This document shows positions 37,557 through 51,453 of a stretch of DNA of 64,000 nucleotides, in pieces (position 1 is the stretch's first letter; each line of letters begins with the position of its first letter). The DNA lies in NCBI GenBank assembly GCA_963835575.1, contig CAWIGG010000004.1, positions 768,001 through 832,000 of the forward strand, in the 5' to 3' direction. Source of the stretch: an uncultured Spirochaetota bacterium (GTDB taxonomy: Bacteria > Spirochaetota > Brevinematia > Brevinematales > JAOACQ01). The translations under genes and the position numbers were made by a program. Below the pieces are notes generated by a model. The model was not told where the DNA came from. It did not search any database and saw only the letters and a program-made list of their open reading frames with translations.

Positions 37557-39692
37557 ATGGATTATCCTTTAATACATAAAACAAAGCGGAAAATATCAGA
37601 CGGGCTGTTTTACCCGATGGGTGCGAATTTAACGGCTGACGGCTGTAATTTTACCCTCTATTCGCAGTCCGCTCAGGAAGTATACCTCCTTTTATTCGAT
37701 AAGCCGGACGGAAGCCCGACAGACATAATCCGTGTGGAGGAAAAAACAAAAAATATCCGGCATGTTTTTATTCATGGGATCAAAGCCGGCCAGCTTTACG
37801 CTTATAAAGTCAGAGGGGAATACAATCCGGCGGCCGGACTGCGCTTTAATGAAAAGAAACTGCTGATTGACCCATACGCGAAGGCTTTTACACACAAATA
37901 TTACAATAAGGACAATCTGCTTCTTGCTTATGATTCGCTATCTCCTGATAAAGACCTTACCATGGACAGCCGCGATAATACGGCAATAGTCCCGAAATGC
38001 ATTGTCATTGATAATTCTTTTGACTGGCAGGGCGATAAGCTTCTGGAAATACCTTTTGATAAGCTGATCATTTATGAAACTCATCTGAAAGGCTTTACGG
38101 CCCATCCTTCATCCGGCGTCGCCAGGCCGGGGACCTATCCGGGTTTTATTGAAAAGATCCCATATTTGAAATCTCTCGGGATCAACGCTGTCGAGCTTCT
38201 GCCTATCCAGGAATTTTATATTGAGGATTTTTTAACGGACAGAAATCTGACCAATTACTGGGGATATAACACTGTCGGGTTCTTTGCGCCGGAAATATCC
38301 TACAGCACCAGGAAACACCCCGGGTGCCAGGTCAGAGAATTCAAGACATTGGTGAGGGAACTTCATAAAGCCGGAATTGAAGTCATCATGGATGTCGTTT
38401 ATAATCATACTGCCGAAGGCAATGAACTGGGGCCGACATTATCTTTCAAAGGAATTGATAATCTGACTTATTACAGCCTGACGGGTTATCCTGATGAACT
38501 TCTGCGGAATTATGTCAATTATACGGGATGCGGCAACACGGTGAATCTGGCCAATCCAACCGTTATCCGCTTTGTGATGGATTCTCTCCGGTATTGGGCT
38601 GAAGTAATGCATGTCGACGGCTTCCGCTTTGATCTGGCGTCCGTTCTCGGGCGAGAAGAGGGATTGTTTCAGAAATCCGCTTCTTTTTTCGACGCGATAT
38701 CTCAGGACCCGGTCCTTTCCCATGTCAAGCTGATCGCGGAACCATGGGACCTGGGTACATACCAGGTGGGCAATTTTCCGATAGACTGGGCGGAATGGAA
38801 TGGGAAATTCCGAGACACAGTCAGAAAATTTATGAAAGGCGATGGAGGCCAGGCCTCTGACCTCGCGAAGCGGCTGACCGGTTCGTCGGACCTTTACGGC
38901 GATGGCGGCAGGTCCGCCTTTAACAGCATTAATTTTATCACAAGCCATGACGGTTTTACCATGTTTGACCTGGTTTCATATAACAGCAAGCATAATGAAG
39001 ACAATCTGGATGATAACCGTGACGGCTCCAGCGACAATAATTCATGGAACTGCGGCTTCGAAGGAGAGACAAAAGACAAAGACATCCTGGGATTCAGAAA
39101 AAAGATGATCAAAAACTTTGCCTGCGTTCTCTCTTTTTCACTCGGCACGCCGATGATCCTTTCCGGCGATGAGATGATGAGGACGCAGAAAGGGAATAAT
39201 AACGCTTACTGTCAGGATAATTTCATCAGCTGGTTTAACTGGGAACTCGCAGAACATAATTCAGACCTGGTTGAATTTTTCAGGAAAGCCGTGGCTTTAA
39301 GGAAGAAATATTCCATTTTACAGCGGAAGCATTTCTTTAACGGCCTGGATAATAATTTTAATCAAAAAGCGGATTGCACCTGGTATGACCGGGAATTGAA
39401 GACGCCGGATTGGAACAATCCCGATTTGAGGTTTATCAGTTATGAATTGGACGGAAGCGAGGAAAATTCGGAACTGGGCGAATATTTTCTTTATTTTATC
39501 CTGAATTCTGAAAACAGGAACAGACAGGTCCGATTGCCCTCTCTTGACAAAGGCAAAAAATGGCACAGGATTGTGGACACAAGCCTTCCGGCCGGCGAGG
39601 ATTTTAAATCCGGCGGCGGTGAAATATTATTGGACCTTCAGGACGGCTACAATTCAAACGCCAATTCAGTTGTTGTTCTTATCGGTAAATAA
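37557..39692 (+). CDS. glgX: Glycogen debranching enzyme (isoamylase, GH13)
   Basis: LLIDPYA, NYWGY, DVVYNHT, DGFRFDLA, AEPWD, SHDGFT, NNNAYCQDN. Confidence 0.95.
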   Translation: MDYPLIHKTKRKISDGLFYPMGANLTADGCNFTLYSQSAQEVYLLLFDKPDGSPTDIIRVEEKTKNIRHVFIHGIKAGQLYAYKVRGEYNPAAGLRFNEKKLLIDPYAKAFTHKYYNKDNLLLAYDSLSPDKDLTMDSRDNTAIVPKCIVIDNSFDWQGDKLLEIPFDKLIIYETHLKGFTAHPSSGVARPGTYPGFIEKIPYLKSLGINAVELLPIQEFYIEDFLTDRNLTNYWGYNTVGFFAPEISYSTRKHPGCQVREFKTLVRELHKAGIEVIMDVVYNHTAEGNELGPTLSFKGIDNLTYYSLTGYPDELLRNYVNYTGCGNTVNLANPTVIRFVMDSLRYWAEVMHVDGFRFDLASVLGREEGLFQKSASFFDAISQDPVLSHVKLIAEPWDLGTYQVGNFPIDWAEWNGKFRDTVRKFMKGDGGQASDLAKRLTGSSDLYGDGGRSAFNSINFITSHDGFTMFDLVSYNSKHNEDNLDDNRDGSSDNNSWNCGFEGETKDKDILGFRKKMIKNFACVLSFSLGTPMILSGDEMMRTQKGNNNAYCQDNFISWFNWELAEHNSDLVEFFRKAVALRKKYSILQRKHFFNGLDNNFNQKADCTWYDRELKTPDWNNPDLRFISYELDGSEENSELGEYFLYFILNSENRNRQVRLPSLDKGKKWHRIVDTSLPAGEDFKSGGGEILLDLQDGYNSNANSVVVLIGK

Positions 39693-39717
39693 TAAAAACA
39701 CTAAGCTGATAATAAAA

Positions 39718-39752
39718 CAGCCCTCTTCTTTATCAGAAGGGGGCTGCTTTTT
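39718..39752 (+). terminator. Rho-independent terminator, probably bidirectional
   Basis: cagccctcttct...agaagggggctg followed by ctttt, between glgX and the convergent tRNAs. Confidence 0.6.
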
Positions 39753-39760
39753 AGAGCGTT

Positions 39761-39835
39761 TAGCCCTATCGGGATTTGAACCCGAGTCACCGCCGTGAGA
39801 GGGCGGTGTCCTAGACCAGGCTAGACGATAGGGCC
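39761..39835 (-). tRNA. tRNA-Glu (CUC)
   Basis: Reverse complement folds as a cloverleaf; anticodon arm ccgcc-ctCTCac-ggcgg; GGTTCAAATCC T-arm; no encoded CCA. Confidence 0.93.
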
Positions 39836-39889
39836 GTGGTCAGATGAATAAACCACACCACCGGCGTGGTTTATCAGATTATAAAAACG

Positions 39890-39960
39890 CTGGGGCGGAA
39901 GGAGTCGAACCCTCACAAACAGATCCAGAGTCTGTCGTCCTACCATTAGACAACGCCCCA
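39890..39960 (-). tRNA. tRNA-Gln (CUG)
   Basis: tggggcg acceptor stem (U1-A72); anticodon arm acaga-ctCTGga-tctgt; GGTTCGACTCC T-arm. Confidence 0.93.
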
Positions 39961-40379
39961 GTATAGAGATGGATATTTTATATTAAAGTTTGAGTTTCGT
40001 CAAATTAAAATGGGGGAGATCGGGAATTGGGGGCAAGGCAGTGCCGCACATCGGGATTGCCCCCCGTCTAATTTAATACAATTTATGAAAATTCTTATTG
40101 TTGTGTGAATTGACTGGGAACATCTCTCCCGGCCCCCGTTCCAACAAACATCCTGTTGAGTCTCCGCGGGTTGTGCAAAATCACTTTGGTATGCTCACAG
40201 GCTGCCCCTGTCCCCATCTTGAATTATTAGCATGAGTTTCCAGATATCATTGGGTAATATGGGGTAATCAGGCGGAAGATTATCAAATGTTAAGAAATAA
40301 TTATAAAAATAACAGCAAGGTTTCCTGTAAAAAACCCGGGGATATGAACAAGGAATTAAAGCAATTTTCAAATAGTAAT

Positions 40380-40725
40380 ATGATTCAATAGATTATTATT
40401 GTTTTTACTTTATGTCTCACAATCATCGCATGCGCCGAACCTGAAAAAAAAGAAAACCCGGCGGCTTTTAAAAGCAGGAAACAAGGATAATATCATAAAA
40501 GAAGTATATCAAATTAACGATCTGCCTGTCACAAAAAAATCTTTTAATAAATTATTATCTTCTCTTAAAGAACTGACTCATACATGGTTTTGCGCCGAGA
40601 CAACAGCCGGCGGAAGGACAGGCTATGAAGCAGTGGACAAAAAAGGCGTTATTTATGAGGTCAGGTTTGAGTCAGAATACGGAAACTCGATCAGTTCAAT
40701 CAAGAAGAAAATCTTACTCAAATAA
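40380..40725 (+). pseudogene. Disrupted small lipoprotein gene
   Basis: ATG at 40380 reads MIQ*IIIVFTLCLTIIAC (lipobox-like, stop at codon 4). A frameshift is then needed to join the 40399-40725 frame. Confidence 0.45.
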
Positions 40726-41085
40726 AACATGGCTATTTTAATAACTATTATTTCCGGCTGGAAGGTATCTTGTGGACAAGATAAGCTTCAGCGTGACGCT
40801 GACGGAGCGTGATTGCCTTTTTTCCAATTTGTTCCTGCTTTTTTTATGAGATAATTCCGGTTTAGTAACATAGTCATATACACTGGCTTTGTTGAAAATC
40901 TATAAAGGTTAATATTCCCCTTGCTTTTTTATTGAAATAATGTTACTTTTAATAGACGATAAATATCATATCTCAAAAATCCGATGAAATAATTCCTCAA
41001 TTTATTCAGCAAATTTAATTTAAAAAAAGCGCTCCCGGATTTTTATATTTTATCCGGCATGTCCAATCCATGTGAAGGAGGATTT

Positions 41086-42753
41086 ATGAATTGTAAATAT
41101 TTGACGGCTGTGGTTGTTTTGCTGAGCATTCTATATATTTCCGGATGCGCGCCGGTTAAGGGAAATGAAAATAATTCCGGTAAAACGTATCAACCCCTTG
41201 CCCCGGAATATATCAGGACAAGCGGGCAGAATCTTGTCATAGGATCCAACAATACTGTAATAAATCTGCATGGTGTCTGCTTCGGCAATCAGGTCTGGTC
41301 GACTCCGTCAATTCCGCCGACAACTCATCATGCCGAGGCGGATTTTGCCCGCGTGACCAATATGCATATGAACGCCATCCGGTTCTATATGAATTACCAG
41401 CTTTTTGAGGATGATTCAAATCCTTATCATTATAAACAAACAGGCTGGGACTGGCTTGCGGCCAACATCCAGTGGGCGGAAACATATGGTGTTTTCCTGA
41501 TACTGAACATGCATGTTCCGCAGGGCGGTTTTCAATCGCTGGGTACAGGGCTGGCCCTCTGGAATAATCCAGAAAACCAGAACCGCCTGACCGCGCTCTG
41601 GAAGGCCATTGCCGATTATTGTAAAAACTATACCAACGTTGCGGCTTATGATCTCGTGAATGAGCCTGTTACCAGTTCATCAAAATCGCAGTGGGTCAAT
41701 CTGGCGGCGCGTATCGCGGGAGATATCCGCACGGTCGATCCGAACCATATGATCATTGTGGAACGCCTGAACGCTATTGCCGGAAATTGGGCGAATGACG
41801 CGGATATGAATTTTTTCCAGATCAGCGATCCCAATATTGCCTATGAGTTTCATTTTTATTCGCCTATTGAATACACGCACCAGCTCACATCCTGGACCGG
41901 CTATTCCAACCAGGACGGCGGGCCTTACCCGGATTTGACCCGGGTTGCCTATCCTTCCGATTTGGAATGGGCTGACGCGACGCTGAATAATCCTGTTCTT
42001 TCAAACGGCAGTTCGGGATGGACATATTATACGGGAATCCTATATCAAGTTACAGATCCCTTGATCGTCTGCGGAAAGCCGGCTTTTGTTTCCGCCAATA
42101 ACAGCGGAGCCGCTTATTTTGACGATTTCGATATAGAGGAATATAATTCAAGCGCTGTATTTCTCAGAACGAATTTTAATACTAATATTGAGAATTTAAA
42201 TGACAGCTGGTTCTGGAGCCAGAACGGCAGCGGCCAGTATGGAATCACCGGCGCTCAAAATCATGCCGGCAGCTATTCCAGCTTTATCAGCAATACGACA
42301 AGCGACGCCAATATCAGCGCCAATGTTTTCCGTTTTGTCGTTACGAACGGGCATTATTACAAGATCAGCGGATATATGAAAGGCAGTGCCGCAACCGGAA
42401 ATTCAAGAATTCGCATAGACTTTGAAAAAAGCCCTTCCGGCAGCAAGCCGTCATACAGGGATATTACATATCTTTCTAATGAAATCTACCGCTACCTGGC
42501 CTGGGGCAAGGCGCATAATGTCCCGCTCTATTGCGGGGAATTCGGCGTGTTTATCGAAAATGTGACAAACAGCACAAAAGGGGGCACAAACTGGATTCAT
42601 GATGTTGTGAAGATCTTAAAGGATGCCGGCGTTCATAATACCTATCATTCCTATCATGAAACCGGGTCGTTTGGGATTTATACCAATGGCGGCCTGCCGA
42701 ATAACGGTACGGGAATTCCAGGGATGATAAAAGTATTGCAGGACGCATATTAA
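41086..42753 (+). CDS. GH5 glycoside hydrolase (cellulase family) lipoprotein with an inserted CBM-like module
   Basis: Lipobox ISGC; ILNMH, YDLVNEP (acid/base), EFHFY, YCGEFG (nucleophile); Asn/Ser-rich insert containing YFDDF and YYKISGYMK. Confidence 0.85.
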   Translation: MNCKYLTAVVVLLSILYISGCAPVKGNENNSGKTYQPLAPEYIRTSGQNLVIGSNNTVINLHGVCFGNQVWSTPSIPPTTHHAEADFARVTNMHMNAIRFYMNYQLFEDDSNPYHYKQTGWDWLAANIQWAETYGVFLILNMHVPQGGFQSLGTGLALWNNPENQNRLTALWKAIADYCKNYTNVAAYDLVNEPVTSSSKSQWVNLAARIAGDIRTVDPNHMIIVERLNAIAGNWANDADMNFFQISDPNIAYEFHFYSPIEYTHQLTSWTGYSNQDGGPYPDLTRVAYPSDLEWADATLNNPVLSNGSSGWTYYTGILYQVTDPLIVCGKPAFVSANNSGAAYFDDFDIEEYNSSAVFLRTNFNTNIENLNDSWFWSQNGSGQYGITGAQNHAGSYSSFISNTTSDANISANVFRFVVTNGHYYKISGYMKGSAATGNSRIRIDFEKSPSGSKPSYRDITYLSNEIYRYLAWGKAHNVPLYCGEFGVFIENVTNSTKGGTNWIHDVVKILKDAGVHNTYHSYHETGSFGIYTNGGLPNNGTGIPGMIKVLQDAY

Positions 42754-43192
42754 TAATATTTAAGCATTTTAGAGATTATTATTCTTCAGCGTCAATCTTA
42801 TTTTGTCGATAATAAACGACATACCTTTCTGGTATAGAACAGACAAATAAGATAGAAAATGCTTTTTAGTTTTTCTTATATTGTCTAATGAGTGAAAATT
42901 AATTTGCCTTTTCAAACATTTATGTATTTTTTATAGTATATAGTAATAAAAGGTTTTCATAAACGTGGTTTTTCCTTGTTTTTATAAATATTCCCGCGCT
43001 TTTTTTGACGGATTTGTGAAAATCATCTATACTACTACCCGCCTGTATAAAGGCAGGGTGAAGAAAATGGGTAGTATTCTTGTACTGAAATAAGGTAATA
43101 GAACAAAGGTGAGAGTCCAGTGCGAGTCCTGCCCGAGTCGGCGGCCGGTTGAAAGATCGGAGAGGTCGACAAGGGAGGAAACAATTTCTTAA

Positions 43193-43220
43193 GTAGAGAC
43201 GTTGCTTGCAACGTCTGTAC
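43193..43220 (+). repeat. GTAG-type REP in the rRNA leader
   Basis: gtagagacgttgcttgcaacgtctgtac. Confidence 0.75.
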
Positions 43221-43261
43221 GGACAGATGCAAACAGATCAAACTGAAATGATATAATTTTT

Positions 43262-44793
<1,532 letters not shown>

Positions 44794-44882
44794 ATAGGGA
44801 GAAAAAGAGGGTAACACCTCAAAACAAGTCACTGGACTCTCATCTTATATATAAAAAGAAGAAAAAGAGATAAAAGCCAAAG

Positions 44883-44956
44883 GGGTGTATAGCTCAGTTG
44901 GTTAGAGCGCAGCCCTGATAAGGCTGAGGTCGGTGGTTCGAAACCACCTACACCCA
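44883..44956 (+). tRNA. tRNA-Ile (GAU)
   Basis: gggtgta/tacaccc acceptor stem; anticodon arm cagcc-ctGATaa-ggctg. Confidence 0.95.
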
Positions 44957-44957
44957 G

Positions 44958-45000
44958 GATTGCGTAGAGATGTAATGTTTCATTACGTCTCTACGCAATC
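44958..45000. repeat. GTAG-type REP hairpin between tRNA-Ile and tRNA-Ala
   Basis: gattgcgtagagatgtaatg-ttt-cattacgtctctacgcaatc; 20-bp arms with one G-U pair. Confidence 0.8.
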
Positions 45001-45005
45001 GTCTT

Positions 45006-45078
45006 GGGGGTGTAGCTCAGCTGGGAGAGCGCCTGCCTTGCAAGCAGGATGCCAGGGGTTCGATTCCCCTCATCTCCA
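45006..45078 (+). tRNA. tRNA-Ala (UGC)
   Basis: G3-U70 in the acceptor stem; anticodon arm cctgc-ctTGCaa-gcagg. Confidence 0.95.
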
Positions 45079-45084
45079 GGTTAC

Positions 45085-45195
45085 TAGCTGTTAGCGGTTA
45101 GCTGCTAGCGGTTAGCGGAACGGGGGAAAAAGAATTGTTTTAAACAGATAAGAAATATCTATTAGCTAACGGCTAGAAGTTAGTAGCTAATAGCC
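45085..45195. repeat. Heptamer tandem repeats with a loosely complementary partner tract in the ITS
   Basis: tagctgt tagcggt tagctgc tagcggt tagcgga (45085-45119) and gctaacg gctagaa gttagta gctaata (45165-45192). Confidence 0.65.
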
Positions 45196-45224
45196 AGAAA
45201 TCGGTTATAGGAATAAGGTAAGAA

Positions 45225-48105
<2,881 letters not shown>

Positions 48106-48125
48106 TTCTTGACTTATTCTTATTT

Positions 48126-48171
48126 ACCCCCCTTCCCTTCCCCCCTTATTAAGGGGGGGATACAGAGGGGT
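48126..48171. repeat. CCCCCCTT-AAGGGGGG palindromic element in the 23S-5S spacer
   Basis: ccccccttattaagggggg core (48140-48158) flanked by acccc...ggggt. Confidence 0.55.
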
Positions 48172-48186
48172 TGGTTGTTTTGTTTT

Positions 48187-48293
48187 GCCTGGTGACCATA
48201 GCGCAGGTGTTACACCCGGTCCCATTCCGAACCCGGAAGTTAAGCCCTGCGTCGCCGATGATACTCGTAAGGGGAAAGTAGGTGTTGCCAGGC
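48187..48293 (+). rRNA. rrf: 5S ribosomal RNA
   Basis: gcctggtgac...gttgccaggc terminal stem; cccattccgaacccggaagttaag. Confidence 0.93.
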
Positions 48294-48304
48294 TTTTTTT
48301 ATTT

Positions 48305-48342
48305 AAGGTGTTTCCAAAAATTTTAATTTTTGGAAACACCTT
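48305..48342 (+). terminator. Hairpin after the 5S gene (likely rrn terminator)
   Basis: aaggtgtttccaaaaatt-tt-aatttttggaaacacctt followed by tctt. Confidence 0.6.
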
Positions 48343-48378
48343 TCTTGTTAAATAAATATAAATATGAAGTAGTTAAAT

Positions 48379-49059
48379 ATGGAATTTAAAGGCTTTTCAA
48401 AAGAGACGATCAAATTTCTTTTCGAACTCGGTTTCAACAACAATAAAGAATGGTATACGGAACATAAGAACGAATATCTTGAATATGTTCTTGAACCGTT
48501 TAAAAACCTTGTTGAATCCCTTGGCAGAAAAATGCTTGTCATTGATCCCGAATTCGAGATCACTCCTGCCGTTGACAAAACCATATCGAGAATTTACCGC
48601 GACACACGTTTTTCAAATGATAAAACAAAATACAGGAATAATGTCTGGATTTCATTTAAAAGGCCGGTCGCTGACTGGAAGGAAACCCCAGTTTATTTTT
48701 TTGAGATCTATCCGGAATTTTATCATTTCGGGATGGGATTTTTCCAATTCCCGGCTTATGTTCGCGAAAAATTAAGAAATCGTATCCTTGAGAATACGAA
48801 GTTATTTAAAAAAGCCGTATCATTTTATAAAAAAAGCGAGCCGTTTGAGATAGCGGGTGAAAAATTCAAGAGGATAAAAGATAAAGAAGTACCGGAAGAA
48901 ATAAGAGACTGGTATGAAAGAAGGGAGCTTTATCTCTACTGCAGGAGAAAAATGGACGATCTTCCTTTTCAAGCTGGCCTTGTTGATTTCCTTTATGATA
49001 ATTTTCTGGAAATAAAACCCCTCTATGATTATCTATGGAATATCATACAAAAAGGCTAA
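48379..49059 (+). CDS. DUF2461 family protein
   Basis: FKGFSKETIKFL.EL..NNNKEW...HK.EY; RIYRDTRFSNDKTKY. Confidence 0.85.
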   Translation: MEFKGFSKETIKFLFELGFNNNKEWYTEHKNEYLEYVLEPFKNLVESLGRKMLVIDPEFEITPAVDKTISRIYRDTRFSNDKTKYRNNVWISFKRPVADWKETPVYFFEIYPEFYHFGMGFFQFPAYVREKLRNRILENTKLFKKAVSFYKKSEPFEIAGEKFKRIKDKEVPEEIRDWYERRELYLYCRRKMDDLPFQAGLVDFLYDNFLEIKPLYDYLWNIIQKG

Positions 49060-49071
49060 TAACATTTAGGT

Positions 49072-50209
49072 TTATAAAGCAATAGCTTTCCAGAACCAGA
49101 AAAGCATGTTTTTCAGACTAAAATTTCTTAAGCCCACCACTGCATAATGTGCACGTAAAGCGATATTGCCTTTGACGGATATCAAACCGAATAGTTTGCC
49201 GACGCTGGCATCTCCCAAAGGTATGATCCATCCCGGATCGAAAGGATTGAATGGTTTAAGAGGCAGCCCTTTTATGAGCCGCCGGATATTTTTACCGGCG
49301 CAGCTGCCGGAATAGATCGCGTAATTCACCGCTTTTCGAAGATATCCTTTCCGGTCTTTTATAGCCGCCGAATCGCCGGCCGCAAAAACTTCAGGGTATT
49401 TATCCAATTGAAGAAAAGGATTTACAATAATTCTGCCGTCAGCAATACGATTAATGCTGTCATTCAACCCGGGAAGGAATAATTGAGTACCGGCGGTCCA
49501 GCATAATAGAGCGTCAGATATAATTTCTCCCGAACTCAGCTGTAATTTATCGCCGTCAATCCGGCTGATTGTAGTGTTAAATAATATTTTAAAGCCCTTC
49601 TTTGCGAGTCTTTGCCGGATAGTTTTTATCTCTTTATTATTCAGAAAAGGGAGCATTTTTGACAGCGCTTCTATAATTGTAATATTTACAGGATTATTTT
49701 TCTTTAAAGCTGCTTTATCCAGGGCTGCGGCCAGTTCCAGACCTGTATATCCGGCGCCGGTGATGACCAGGTTCAGAGGTTTTTTAACTGCGCTGAGCCT
49801 CTGAGAAAAGTCTTTATTTATTTGAATAAGCTTTATTAAGAGAATCCAGACTGTGAATTTTTGTTAAATTCTGATTAAAACCGTAATAATTGGCCGCAGA
49901 GCCTCCGGCTATTAAAAGATAATCATAGTGATATGAGGCTGAGGCAGAAACCAGGGATTTATTTTCAAAATCGATGGATTTGATCTCATCCCGGACAAAC
50001 TTTACCGAACGCGGTATAAGTCTTTTTGTTTTCTCGCTAATTCTTTCCGGAGAAACACTGCCTGCGGCAATATCGGGAAGAGCCGGCAGCATAGTCGTAA
50101 AATCTTCTTTATCGATTAAAATGGTCTGAAATGACGAACCGCCGCTTTTTAATTGTTTTGAGGCGGAAATGCCTGCGAACCCTCCGCCCAGAATTAATAT
50201 TGTTTTCAT
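49072..50209 (-). pseudogene. NDH-2-like NAD(P)/FAD oxidoreductase split by a +1 frameshift near 49828
   Basis: First frame has ILILGGGFAG...YDYLLIAGG. Removing one base gives IQINKDF...VITGAGYTGLELA, continuing to VFAAGDSA. Confidence 0.8.
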
Positions 50210-50275
50210 TATTAAATTCCTCAAATAAGATTAATAAAAATAACCCGGCAGGCTAAGCTAATTATAAGTTCCCGG

Positions 50276-51020
50276 TCAAAATAAAAATGGGATGATAATC
50301 TTTCGTTTTTGAGGGTAATCAGAAAAATTCTTCCTGTACCAGCGGTGATTTCGCAATCGCTCGCGGAAAGAGATTACAGAAGGTGAAAAAAGCGAAAGCC
50401 CAGCCGGCCAAACTTCCCGTTAGCAGGGCCCATCCGGTCCATTCGATGATTTCACCCAGGTAATTCGGGTTTGTTATTAAACGGAAAGCTCCTTTCATGG
50501 GAATTTTATAACCTTTTTCATTGTCTTTTCTTAAGCTCCGGATTATCGCGTCTGAATAGACATGAAGCGAAAACCCGCTTATAAATAAAATGAATCCGAG
50601 AATGGACAGAGGATGAAGTAAGGCTCCAAGTGTGAGATTTTTAAGAAACACTTCATGCCCGTTGATAATACCGTTATTAATATTGAATAAACATGCAAAA
50701 AAGACCAGCATAAGAGGAAAAGTACGCTTTGAGCCCCGCTGAAGGGCTGTATAAATAAAAGTCCTGTAAATATAGTGGATTTCCCAGAGAACAAGCAGAA
50801 TAATATTGACGGGGGATATTGTTCCCGAAAGAAGAAGCATGACTGCGATTGTCAGGACCGAAGGTAATTCCATCAATAGCCATGAAAATCGGGAATTGAC
50901 CATAATGCCCCAGCCGGACCTGGTATGTTTACCGTAAGGAGCGCTGATAAAAAGCAGAATAATAAAAATAACTGCGCCGGATATGAATTGAATTCTTGTC
51001 AATAATAAGAATATTTCCAG
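50276..51020 (-). pseudogene. Steroid 5-alpha-reductase family membrane protein with a +1 frameshift near 50350 and a CTG start
   Basis: APYGKH, SWLLMELPS, HYIYR, GYKIP, PNYLGEIIEWTG. Removing one A restores ANHRWYRKNFSDYPQKRKIIIPFLF*. Confidence 0.75.
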
Positions 51021-51180
51021 AAGATTCCTCCTTACAGAAAAATGGAAATGGAAGAATGTAGAATAATGTTATTATATCATATAAGAATTGTTATTAAAAG
51101 AATTACATAGTTTAGGCCTCATCCAATTCATTGATAAATGTGATTTGATTTTTTTTTATGTGTACTTTAAAATAAAAAAG

Positions 51181-51236
51181 GTTATAACTCAGTGGTAGAG
51201 TGTTAGCTTCCCCTGGAAGTCAGCGAGTTCAAGCCA
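51181..51236 (+). pseudogene. Degenerate tRNA-Gly copy
   Basis: 28 bp (51185-51212) identical to 51285-51312, followed by a diverged T-arm-like ctggaagtcagcgagttcaagcc; no acceptor stem. Confidence 0.65.
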
Positions 51237-51277
51237 GTGGAAGTGATAAAATATAAATAAAATATGAAATAAGATAA

Positions 51278-51349
51278 GCGGGCGTAACTCAGTGGTAGAG
51301 TGTTAGCTTCCCAAGCTGAAAGTCGCGGGTTCAACCCCCGTCGCCCGCT
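51278..51349 (+). tRNA. tRNA-Gly (CCC)
   Basis: gcgggcg/cgcccgc acceptor stem, U73 discriminator; anticodon arm ttagc-ttCCCaa-gctga. Confidence 0.93.
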
Positions 51350-51453
51350 CATTTTTTCTTTAGTCTCATCTGGTTGAATATTTAGTTGTTGCAATTATAT
51401 TCCCCACGCTTTAAAATATTTTAGCTTTCTATTTATTATTAAAGGACAATATT

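Noticed and set aside
41024..41037. aaaagcgctccc as a LacI-type operator before the GH5 gene
   Set aside because: Only the AGCGCT core is palindromic and no DNA-binding LacI gene is in the window.
49800..50360. Programmed ribosomal frameshifting at the two +1 sites
   Set aside because: No recognisable slippery sequence or stimulatory element, and these families are not known to be recoded.
51185..51312. tRNA direct repeat as attL/attR of an intact integrative element
   Set aside because: The copies are only 100 bp apart and there is no integrase in the window; kept only as a degenerate duplicate or scar.
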